From the NCBI RefSeq assembly GCF_009914755.1, contig NC_060940.1: DNA of 64,000 bases. The stretch is one strand, 5' to 3'. The notes beneath the pieces are model-generated. The model saw nothing but the letters and a program-made list of their open reading frames with translations. It was not told the DNA's origin and did no database searches. The translations under genes and the position numbers were made by a program. Positions 1-11,260 of the stretch are shown one piece after another. The stretch comes from the human T2T-CHM13v2.0 reference genome, Homo sapiens. Position 1 is the first letter of the stretch. Every line of letters begins with the position of its first letter.

Positions 1-297
1 AGATGGTCCAGCATCACCCGCTGGCACCTGCCGGGCTGGGCCTACTCAGTCCCAATCCCAACCCACAGGGTTTCTCCCGGGCCAGCTCCCCCTCCAAGAG
101 CCCCTCTTTGCTGCCAATCTCGCTCTCCCAAATACGTCCCTCCCCTCCCAGTGTCCTGGCAGCCCTGATGTCACAAGCCCTGAGGCTGAGTGGAGGGGTG
201 GGGACAGGAGCATGGCACTTGGGCCCGCCTGTTGGGTGGAAAGGGGGCAGCCGGCCCCTTCCTGCCCCTCAGAGGCTCAACCCCAACCACAGTGAGA

Positions 298-307
298 GGA
301 AGGATAC
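298..307 (-). promoter_or_regulatory. U12-type (minor spliceosome) 5' splice site
   Basis: The intron begins GTATCCTTCC, matching the U11-recognised consensus RTATCCTT. The branch site and acceptor lie outside the window. Confidence 0.9.
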
Positions 308-426
308 AACTTCTGGATGAGGTCATAGGCGTGCCGGTAGTTCTGGGTGAGGAAGCAGAGGGACACCGTGGTGACTGGGTTGTGGCACCAGGAGCGGTAC
401 AGGCAGCAGAACAGGTTCTGGCTCTC
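308..426 (-). CDS. VAC14: VAC14 coding exon (exon 16 by recall), [39 protein letters not shown](F)
   Basis: Acceptor CCCCCACAG|GAG at 428-427 and donor GTT|GTATCCTT at 307-300. Length 119 nt. Carries the conserved Vac14 LYRSWCHNP motif. Confidence 0.96.
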
Positions 427-1806
427 CTGTGGGGGAACAGGCATGAGCCGTGAGGACACGCCTGCTCCTTGCCCCTACCCGGTCCACGTGGGGACCTGAG
501 GGAAGGGCCACAGGTCTAAGTCCCAGGGGCCTTCAGTCGGGGGCAGCCAGAGCCAGCTTAGCACCCCAGCTGGGAACGAGCCGTCACAAAGGAAATGCTG
601 ACAGCTCCTCCGCAGACCCTGTCATTACCTCCCAGTCCCAGAGCTGTGTGGTGGCTGCGAGGGCCTGGCTGGGAGTGGCTGTCCTTTGTGCTGGCATGTC
701 TGCCCTTGGCAAAATCACAGTAATTGTCCCCCCTCCCCACCCCAAAGAACTCTGTGGTCCCGGAGCCCCATGGGGCTGGGATGATGATGGGGGAGTGGGC
801 AGGGAAGGGAGGAAGCACACTTAAATGCCATCTCCTCCCCACCTCTGCAGTCCACTTCGAACACTTGGAAACCACCCAGGAACCCAGCCCACACTTGGGG
901 GAGCCCTTGCCCCCGAGGAAAATTCTTAAGGCCTCTGCGAATGTCTGGAAGGAACCACAGGAGGGAGGCAGGGCTGTGGCCTGGATCGTGCAGAGCCACT
1001 TGGCCCCAGATGCCCCCAGACATGGGCCTGGATATCCCCGAGGCTCCTGGGGAGGGTGTAAGCAGGGTCTGAGCCGGCAGGGGACCTGGGAAATGAAACC
1101 CCTGGAGTCCCTGCCTCCAGGATGACCCCTGTCCCCGCACGGCCTCTGCAGCCACCACCCTCAGCCGGGACACGAGAGGCCTGGGACCCGCGTCTCTCCT
1201 TGTTCATAGGGGAGTGAGAGTGAGTGAGTGTCCTTTCTGCTCTCTCTGACCAGTCGTTGGTGCATCCCCATCCAGAGCCTGGGACGGATGGGCAACAAAC
1301 TTGACACCTTGGCTTATGACAGGTGCCTTAGGAGCCAGATGTGCCCAGCTGTGGGAGAGAGGGGCCAGGCCAAGGAGGGCGAGAAGAGCTGTTAACCCCT
1401 GATTCGCCAGCAAGGTTATAACCCAGAGGCCTGGCCCTAAGAGGGTGGCACCACCATGCAGGGTGGGCCCACAGCCAGCAGAGCCTCTGTTTTCAAGGGG
1501 GCAGTGCCTGGAGTGGGACTGGGGTGTCAACCAATGGAAAAGGCAGGGCTGCTGGGGGGTCAGGGTGGACACGTGGACCCTCCTGCGGGCAGAGACCTCA
1601 GTGTGGGTGACGTGACGCACCCATGGTTAGTGCTGCGCAGCCACTCACCCGGGATCCCTATTTCCCAGTGGACCAGGGGAAGTCTCGATTTCAACCCCGT
1701 CTTCTCCCTGAGAGCCTCCTGGGGCCAGCCGAGGGGCGGGCTCACACAGAGTGTGCCCCCTGGCATGCAGGAGACGCCTGAGGATGGAGTCCCGGACGCA
1801 GCCTAC

Positions 1807-1981
1807 CAGGGTCTTCAGGTCCTTCAGCTGGTTCCTTAGCTGGAAGAGCTCTGTGGAGGTCAGCAGGATGGTGTTGAGGGCGTGGACCATGGTCGAGGCG
1901 AACTTGAGGTCCTCCTCCCGCAGCAGGATGTCTGCCATTGAGTGGAAGATGTTCTCCGCATTCAGCAGGAGGCACAGCTGC
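1807..1981 (-). CDS. VAC14: VAC14 coding exon (exon 15 by recall), [58 protein letters not shown] (Vac14 C-terminal Fig4-binding region)
   Basis: Acceptor CTCTCCAG|G at 1983-1982 and donor CTG|GTAGGC at 1806. Length 175 nt. Counting gives A582/S583 at 1899-1894, matching residues I recall as mutated in VAC14 neurodegeneration. Confidence 0.97.
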
Positions 1982-4900
1982 CTGGAGAGCAGGCAGACTG
2001 GGGTCAGGGCGCAGGCCGACCTGGAAGCCTCTGTGTCTCAGCCTGGGAGGCCTCCTCTTGGTTTTGCAGCGTCCTGGGGAAACTGCTCTTTCCTGAGGCC
2101 AGTGTGGAGCCATGACTCTGAGGCCTGTGGTTGTGGGAGGGCGGGGAAGGGTGGGGGGAATGCCGCACCTGCCTCTAGGCCTCCCAGCACTGCCTACCTG
2201 GGCCTAGCCACGCCAGGGCGCCCCACGCTATATTAATCTCCCGGCACAAGAGAAACAGCTGGGCCTCCAGCTACCCAAAATAGTTCCTGAGATCCCGTCA
2301 CCTTCCTGAACTCCCACATGTCTGAGCAATGGCCCCCCCACCCCAGGCCAAGACACGCCTGTCCCCTGCTGGGCTTTCTTCTCTTGCTAGAACTCATCTT
2401 CATCCAACCAATTCTCCACACATCGGTCACCTGTTTACTGCCCCACTCCTCCTCCTGGAAGCCCCCGAGGTCAGGGATTTGCACTGTTCGGGCTGTACCC
2501 TGCGGCCTGGAGCACAGATCCGTGTGGGATCAGCGTTATGACCCTGAGTTTTTTCTTCACTGTACGGATGGTGAAACTCTGGTGAAGTGACTTGACTAAG
2601 GTCGCAGAGTCACTTACGGCCAGAGTCACTTAGGGCTCGCTGGTCCCTGGGCCATGACCCCTTTCCCATCTCTTGTCTAGTTAAGAGTCGTTCAGGGCTA
2701 AGGATCGGACTTTGTGAAGAGGAGCCTCCCTGTTATACAAAAGGCAAAAAGGGAACCCAGAGGATGAAGAAAAGCAGATTCCTCAGGGTCCCTGGGCCGG
2801 ATGACACGAGCAGTGAGAAGTGGGTGGTGAGGACAGGCTTGGAGGAATCCGCGCTGCTTTTCCACGTGCCCTTGGAGGCCTGGCCTGCAGGGGAAGGGCA
2901 CCTGGGCAATGCTTCCCAGCTGGAGTCCCAGGGATTCGGGAGCTTCCCCAAAACAGCATGATGCAGGCAGGATGGGGCATGAGCGGGGTGGCTGGTGAGA
3001 GGGTGGTGTGCAGCACTGCGCTTCCTGAGTGCTGGGCTGGCGGCAGCGTGGCACCCCTGCCCACACCACCTTCCGTCTGGGGCTAAGCTCCAGTGCCTGA
3101 CGCCGCATCCCGTCTCCAGGGAAGCATCACCACAGTTCCAACACGGCGTCGGAGGCCCCGAGGTCTTGGGTGCTCAGTGACGTGAGCCACATTTCTTGGT
3201 GGGAGGCCTGAAACACCTCCATCTCCTCCTAGGTCGCTGGACTCAGCCTCCGCTCCGCATGACCTGGGCCCAGCTTCCCAAATGCCCCTGAACGCCAGCC
3301 ATGGCTCTGGGGCCAGGCTGGAGAAGATTCCTCCCCACCCCCAGCCCCAAAGCAACCCCAGAGCATTTGGTAACAAAGAGGCCAGACCACAAAGCGCAAA
3401 CAGTAGGCAGGCCGTTCCAGCCTGCCCCGGCTGGAGCCTGCAGGCCTGGGCAAGAAACCACGAGAAACAGAAACAAGCGGCACAGGGAGGGGGTGGCGGC
3501 CGCACGAGTGAGGGCCGCTTCATCTCCCCGCGCATGCCACCAGGACCCTGCCATGCCGGGGGCTCCCCTGGGGTTAGGTGGGAGGTGAAGGCCTCCGCCT
3601 GGTGTCCCCAACTACCAGCGGTGTGATCTCAATGTCTCCGCACAATTTTTCCACCTTAATTAGGGGCAATACCTATCTGTGAAATAGGGGGAAGTTCTCA
3701 GAGGGCAGCCTGAGGACGAGGAACAAGCCATGTAAGGCTAGTGTGTGGAACTAGCCATGTAAGGCTAGTCCTCTGGGGAGCTGCTGGCTGCAGAGGGAAA
3801 GCCCAGCCAGGCAGCCTCAAGCCAAAGGCCAGGAGGTGGTGGCCCTGCTGCAGAGCCCAGACAGTGCTTCCTGGCCCCTCCCGGTCCCCCAACCCCTCCA
3901 TGAGCCCTGTCTCCATGGCTGTGGGACAGAAATGTTCCAGAAGGGCAGGCACAGGAGGAAGGGGGGCGTTCTGACAAATGGTCACAAGTGCCCGTCGCCG
4001 GCAGCTGGTGCCGTCTCCATGACAGAGGCCAACAGCTGAGCCGCTGCCAGGCAGCGCTCTCCAGGGATCCAGGCCGGCAGGCGGGACCTGTGGCAGCAGA
4101 GGGCAGGGTGGTGCCCATGTGAGGGCAGGCTGAGGAGGGTGCGGAGGGAGGGACGGAAGAGGGGCTGGTGGTGAGGAGAAGCGGGCACCCAGACCTCCTG
4201 GTGTCCCAGAGAAGCTGGGGAATGCTGACTGTGTTACAGAAGGTCAGGAATAGTGGAGTTTTCTGGAAACTCTTCTCTTGCCACCAGTGATACCACCCTC
4301 TCCTGGTTTTCCTCCCACCTCTCCCCCAGGGCTGGGGTAGCCCTTCCGCTCTTCTCTCTCTAGTCTGTGCCTCTTGGTAGTCTGTGGTCCCAATCAGTGA
4401 CTCCCACACATGCCCTCCGGCCCTGAGCCCCTGCTGGGCTCTAGATGGAACAGCTGCTTGCCTGGTGGAAGGCCCTGCCTGGCCACCTAGCAGGCATTTC
4501 AAACCTTGCTGGGCCACAACCAGCCCTTGGTGTCCCCATAGACTTGCCAACCCCCTCCTCATCTCAGTAAACGGTGGCACTGTCCACCCAGCTGCTCAGG
4601 CCCAAACCACGAGTCATCCTGACCCCCAGTCCCTCTGCTGGGTCCACTGGCACGTATGGGGGCCTTACCCTGGGAGCACAACCTACACGGCCACCCTGCC
4701 CCACACACCCGCCCCCATGCCTAGGGGGCTGTCAGCATCTCCTGCCTGGTCCATCTCCCCATGTCTCAGGATCTGCCTCCTGCTGCTTCTCCTGCCCCCA
4801 CAGTCCACCCTCCACACACCAACTGGACAATCCTAAAACAGGCCCATCAGAACATGCCCCTCCCTGCTGGGATTTGCTAGCGGCTTCCGCCTGGATCTGA

Positions 4901-7900
4901 AACAAACCCAGCCCCTCACCTCGGCCGATAGGGTCTCACACCTCTCGCTGGTTCCTCTCCAGCCTCCCTCTTGCTGTCCCTCCTCCACTCACGGCATTCT
5001 AGCCTCTTGGGTTTTTTGGTTCCTGACCTCGCCAAGCCCACGTGGCCCTAGAGGCTCTGCCTGCTCTGCCCTGGCCAGATGGCTTGGCCAGGAATGGCAC
5101 GTGGCAGGCTCCTCCCAGACATCGAGGCCTGGGCTCCAACCTCAGGTCCTGATGAAGCCTCAGTCTGAAATGCAGGCCCCTCCTACCAGCCCCTTCTAAG
5201 AGAAAGTTCTAGTTCTTTCAGGGCACTCATCCCCAAGAAGCAAGGGTCTCCCGAACAGAACGGTAGGTGCACTGACCCTCCACCCCCTCCGCCAGGCCAG
5301 CGCATTCTCTCTGTTCATGCCCAGGCAGGCCTTTTTGTGCTGTGCAAACACCAGTGTGTGGAAAACGGCAGTCTGATGTTACATTTTTGCCCTTGTCACC
5401 CATCAGGCCAAGCCCTGCCCAGATCTTGCACTCTCTTGCTGGCCGAAGAGGCCTGGGAAGCCAGCTCATCCCAGGAGACTCTGGAGCACAAGCCTCCTCA
5501 CGAGGTGTCTCCCTCTGAGTGAGGTGTCTCCCTCTGAGCATCGCTAATTAAAGCACCACAAGAGGGAAAGGGAGAGGAGAGGCCGGGAGCAGGCACCACA
5601 GAGAGCAGTGCTGAGGCCATGTCATGCTCCAGCCGCTCGCTCAACCACCCTTGCTCCAGGAGGAAGAGCCTGGAGAGGCTGCTCTGGGGCTGGCAGCGGA
5701 GGGGCCTCCACTGAGGATGACTCCCATCCTACTGCTGGGAAGGAGGTGGGGGCCGCATCCTGCCTGACCCCAGGTCACCCTAGGTTTGGGGAGAAGGAAA
5801 ACCCAGATCACTGCGTTGCAAAGCCTCAAGAAGACAGTAATAATAGCGGAAGTGTTGGCCAGCTCACGGGGCCCTTACTACAGGCAAGGCTCAGGGCAGA
5901 GGGTGTGAGAAGTGGGCCCTTGAGTCAGGAAGCTGGGGAGGGAGGAAAGAGGGCCCATTTTCCACTACAGTCCCTAGTCCACACCGGGATCTGTACAGAC
6001 AGGTGGCCTTGGAGTTCCCATGCACCTGGCACTGGGCTCTGGGTTAGCTCCACTCGCAGTGTCATGCTGAGTCCTCACATAACCTGGGCAGGGTTATCAC
6101 CCCCACTGCAGAGAAGAGGAATCTGAGGTTCAGAGAGGACCCACAGCTGACCGGAGGAGGAGGAACAGAGTATTCAGACCTAGAAGAATCGACTTCCAGA
6201 ACCTGAGTTCTTCCTCACCACTCTGCTTCCCCAGTGCCTGCTGTGAGTGGGCACCAGGGGCTGTCCCTGCCCGGCGGAGGCCTGGCAGATGGCTGCCTTG
6301 CAGGGCTGCTGCATCATCACTTCTTTGCTGAGCCCCAGCCCAGCTTGAGTTGCCTGCCTGGCTCCCAAGCGCAGCGTCAACAGTGGAGCACAGCTTGCAA
6401 GCATTAAACATGTGCCCATATTTTCCAACACCCGCATGAAAACGCTATTCGTCATGAGACAATGGCCTGGAATGTGCTTGGAAACAAGGCAGAGAGCTGG
6501 GGTGGGAGGGAACCTGAACAGGGTCTGGGAGGGCATAGGGGACCTCTTGTACCACCCTGGAGACCCACCATGGGGCTGGAGGAGGGCAGGGGTCCACAGG
6601 GGAGTGTGTCAAGTCAGTAAGGGGGCCTCTGGTATATCCCGATGACTCAGGCACAGGCAGGGGGGATGTGGCCAGAAGGCAAAGACACACGCCATTTAGG
6701 GAAGGCTCCTCCCTCAGTGGCAATGGAGCTTTTGGCCCAGCAGGGGCTGTGTCACTGGTTGTGTCCTTCACACACAGCCCAGAGGCCCTGTGGACGCAGC
6801 TCTGCCTCCCCGTCTTGGGCTGCTGGCTGCCGCCTGGACAGCTGCTCCCCCTTCCAGGTCTGGTTTTGTGCTGGGGGCGGGACCAGCTTCTCTTTGGTTT
6901 CTCTGCCACATACCCAGGCGCTCTCAAAAGAGCAACCTGCCCTCGGCCTGCTCTGAACTTCCCGGAGCCCAGCAGAGGGGGCGGTCACTTAGCCTTAAGA
7001 ACTGAGACTACACAGCCTTGCCCATGAACATTCCCTTTGGGGCAGCCTCCAAGGCCAAGGCTAAGGCTCATGCTGAGACCAGGGTAGGAGAGACGTGGCT
7101 CTGCATCCCCCTGCAGCCTTCTCCACTGCTCTGGAGCAGCATCTGCCTGGAGGTGACTGCGCCACACCTGCCAGGGGCTGGTGTGAGCCTTCGTGTCACT
7201 GTCCCTCCCATCACTAACACTGGCAAGCATCAGCACACATCAGGTGCCAGCCATGGACAGCCGCAGGCCTCTGTGGGAGATGCTCTCCCAAACCCCCACC
7301 TGGCATCCACACACAGCCCCTGCTTCAGGTGAAACCTGGGCCAGGGTGGGCAGGAGGAGTAAGGTGTCAACTGGCTTTGTAGGTGCCGCAGTGTCTGGGT
7401 GGCTCTAGACTGGCCAGTCACGCCCTAAGGTCATGTGGTCCAGGCTGGCAGGAGCCCTGCCTCATGGTAACAGAAGGGGCGGTGGGAGAAAGGCATGGAT
7501 GGGAGCCTGGAGCCTGGCACTGTCTTCTTTGTCCTTTCCTGGGTTGGGGGCAGGGGCCACACACTGCATCTCCTCCAGGGATAAGACAGGTCACTGATTT
7601 GGGCAAAGCCAGGCCTTGGTTTGGAGGACAAGACTTCCTGGGGGCTTTACCCCCCAACACCCCTCCTGCCTGGGGCTGTGTGCAGAGCAGCAGAAGAGGG
7701 GCTGTGCAAACACTGCTGTCTGAGGGTGCAGCTGGCTGTGGCCAGTGGCCTCTCCCCACCTGGTTAGTTCCTGCAGGCCTGGAGCAGGGCATGAGGAGGG
7801 CCAGCTCACAGTGGGAGAGAGGGAGCAGTTCCTTTTAGGACAGACTCATCGTGGGAGCCTGGGGAGGGCAGAGCCTGGCACGTTAGAGGCTAGGGACAGC

Positions 7901-9689
7901 CGGAGCCCGCTCGGGAGGAGCTGGGGAATGGCTCCTTCGCCAGGTGTCTGTAGGAGCAGAGCCCCGTGCTGCAGGTGAGGCCCAGGAGGGCAAAGGACGG
8001 AGCTTGGGTCTCCTTGTGGGGAGCTGACATTCTGGCTCCCTGCCGTGCTCCGCCCTAGGGAAGCTGGACTCTGCCATGTGGCTTCAGGGAAGACATGAAA
8101 CTTCCCATGATCTCATGTCCCTGCACCCTCTGAAAACAGGACCAGCGAAGTGACCAAGGCCAGAAACACTTCCCCATCCTCACTGTTGGCTGATCCTTCC
8201 CAGGTCCCTCTGCTGTTTGCTCGGGATACTTGTGCCGGCTCCCTTTGGGGACCCTCCTCTGGCTCTGGTCACCAAGCAGGGGCATGCTACTGGCCCCCCG
8301 CCCCCACCTGCCCAGTGACTGTTAGGACGCTGAGCCATCTGCTGGGGATGGGAACCCATGCACTCACTGGGTGCAGGCTCTGCCCTCCCCACCCCTCCTT
8401 CCTTGGGCCTGGCTTCTTAAGAGGGTGACCAAGGCAGCAGCAGATGATGCATCTGACCCGTGGTGGGGGTGTTTTGGGTGAGTGTTCAGCCTGGGAGGAG
8501 GAGAGGCCGAGGGCCCAGGAATGCCCTTCTGCCAGCACTGGCCTGCAGGGCCCTTGGTGGACGCAGCCTGCCTCTCTGCGCAGGTGGGCCAACCTGGCGC
8601 TCAAGGGCAGGGATGTGGACAGGGCATCAGATGAACTCAAGAGAAGTTCATGGGGAAATGGAGACTGAAGCAACCATCCCCTCCCAGGGGCCTCTGACAT
8701 TCTTGACTATCCCAAACAATAAGCCACCAGCAGCGTGGAAAACAGCTGGCCTGGCGGGGACAGACCCTGGACTCAAACCCTAGAAAGAGACAGCAAGGTT
8801 GAGAGATGAGCGTGGAGGCTGGGGGCGCCTGCTCCCGCCCGGCATGCCCTCAGCTGCTCTCTCTACTCCAGCCCTCACTGGCCCCGCAACGCTGCCCTCC
8901 CCATGATGAACAGAGGACTCAGAAGAAGCCTCAGCTGGCAAGTTCCAGGAGGGGTGGGTGTACCCCACCTCCTCAGTTTTCCCCTATGCTCCACCTTGTC
9001 CACTCTCGCGTGCCATCGATGGGACATCCTTCCCAGTGGAGCCTTGTTGGTGGCCCCATGAGAGGCAAGAGTGTGGGTGATTTTGCTCGGTACCTCCTGT
9101 TAGACTAGTTCACACAAGTGGCCTCACTGGATACAGATACAGGAAGGTCTCCTCCTACTGCCCAACCACCCCAAGAACCCTATCGGGTTCTTCATGCCTC
9201 TGCTTCTCCAGTCTGGCACCAGGACCCTCTGGTGGTGCTCATTTCCCACCCCAGCAGGTCCAATTCTCTAGCCCCACTGGCCTGGTGGGGACCCTGCCTG
9301 CAAGCCCAGCTCTTTGGTCAGAGGGTGTCATGGGGCATGGGGTCAGCGATCGCTGTGCTCCCTGGCAGGCTGTTGGCAGCTGTGGATGGGGATGGGGTTC
9401 TTACATGGGTGACTGGGCAGGTAGTCCTGGCTCCAGGTCCCTCAGAGGCTGGGCTGGATGCTGATTCTGAGGACAGTGTGGGCTGGGTGGACTCCACCGG
9501 TCTCTCTGCAAGTCGCCTTAGGACTGGGCAAACCAGCAGGAGGGCAACAGGCTTCAGGTGCCTGCTGAGGGCAGGGCATCCTGGCTCAGAGGCCCCTCCC
9601 TTCTCCCTATGGCCAGGCCTCCTTCCTTCATTTCCATCCCCAGCTGCCTGTGGCTCACTGACCATGCACAGAGGGGCGAGCCCTTGTTT

Positions 9690-9961
9690 ATTTTCTTTTT
9701 TGAGACGGAATCTTGCTCTGTCACCCAGGCTGGAGTGCCATGGTGCGATCTTAGCTCACTGCAACCTCTGCCTCCCGGGTTCAAGCGATTCTCTTGCCTT
9801 GGTGGCTGGGATTACAGGCATGTGCCACGATACTAGGCACATTTTTCTATTTTTAGTAGCGACATGTTGACCAGGCTGGTCTTGAACTCCTGACCTCAAG
9901 TGATCCACCCACCTCGGCCTCCCTAAGTGCTGGGATTACAGGTGTGAACCACCACGCCTGG
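9690..9961 (-). mobile_element. AluS-like SINE with small internal deletions
   Basis: Reverse-complement Alu sequence. TSD AGCCCTTGTTT at 9679-9689 and 9964-9974. Confidence 0.92.
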
Positions 9962-10968
9962 ATAGCCCTTGTTTCTTTTCTACATTGGATGCTGGATGGT
10001 GCCCACATCCATCCCCTTCAGTGGTCCAAGGCCAATGGACCCCAGTACTTTCCTAGGAGACACCTGGAGTCTCACGGCCAATAAATCTGAGGTGCAACCT
10101 AATATCAAGGCTACAAACTACAGAGAAGGCCTGGACCGCTCCCACCGGAAAAGGGCCTCCTCCCTGCCTTGTTCCTGCCCCACAGCTGGGATCCTTTAGG
10201 AATTTAAAGAGAAAGCAGCTTTTGGGTCAGTATAACCTTAGGATAGGGAGAGGAGGGAGTAGCCTCCCATCTCTAGTCCAGAACGCTCCAGAATCTCACT
10301 GCATCCTGCCCCTCCCCCTCTGCTCTCTTCCCTTCCAACTCTCTGCTTCCAAGTATGAAAACTGTAAATCTGTTTTATTTATTTCAATCAATCCTCGGCA
10401 GTGTGCCCCTCAGGGCAAAGGCAGCCATGGTAACCCTGCCAACTCATGCCTTAAAAATTCATCGTTGTTTAATGCAGTCGATGTGTCTGGTACACTTAAA
10501 AGTTTCTTGCAGGGAGTGGGGTGGGAGGAGGAGGAGGATGCGGAACTTGTTTTTCTGGGCTTTGTAGGGAGCTGGTGGAAAGGGGATGGAGGGAGGAGGG
10601 GCACAGGAAGAGGCCTTCAGTCCTCTTAGCCATCTGTCCCTCTGTGCAAGAGGAGGTGCCATCGGGCTCTGGGAGGTCCCAGACACCTGTGCTGGGCTCA
10701 TCTAGAGACCTCCATAGAAGGTCTCATCTGGGTGGGAGCTGCCACAGAAAACGAAACAGTCTCACAGAGGCAGCTGAAGCCTCAGCCCCCCAGGATTAGC
10801 AGGTCCCTCACCCTAAGTTTGGGGCTTGCTCTAGAGAGCAAGTTGACTCCCGCTTTCTGAACTGCCCAGGGTGGAGTCAGATGACCCTTGCTGCCACGGG
10901 AGGGGCTCTGCCTTCTCCTCAGAATGGAAGTCATCTTCTACCTTGGCCCATCGGGCTGGCTTGGCCTT

Positions 10969-11260
10969 TTTTCTTTTTTTTTTTTTCAAGATGGAGTCTC
11001 GCTCTGTCATCCAGTGCAGTGGTGTGATCTTGGCTCGCTGCAACCTCTGCCTCCTGGGTTCAAGTGATTCTCCTGCCTCAGCCTCCTGAGTAGCTGGGAT
11101 TACAGGCGCCCGTCACCACACCTGGCTAATTTTTGTATTTTTAGTAGAGACTGGGTTTCACCATGTTGGCCAGGCTGGTCTTGAACTCCTGACCTCAGGT
11201 GATCTGCCGCTTTGGCCTTCCAAAGTGCTGGGATGACAGGCGTGAGCCACCGCACCTGCC
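10969..11260 (-). mobile_element. AluS-like SINE
   Basis: Full dimer with a poly(T) lead. TSD TTGGCCTT at 10961-10968 and 11261-11268. Confidence 0.93.

Noticed and set aside
445-462. TCCTCAC near the exon 16 acceptor as a U12 branch site
   Set aside because: It is an imperfect match, the donor of that intron (GTAGGC) is U2-type, and a normal pyrimidine tract is present.
3765-4580. 271-aa ORF, the longest in the track
   Set aside because: P/G/R/S-rich composition typical of stop-poor GC-rich intron. No domain or exon structure.
9118-9870. 250-aa plus-strand ORF
   Set aside because: Its C-terminus is translated antisense Alu, the start is non-ATG, and I recognise no homology.
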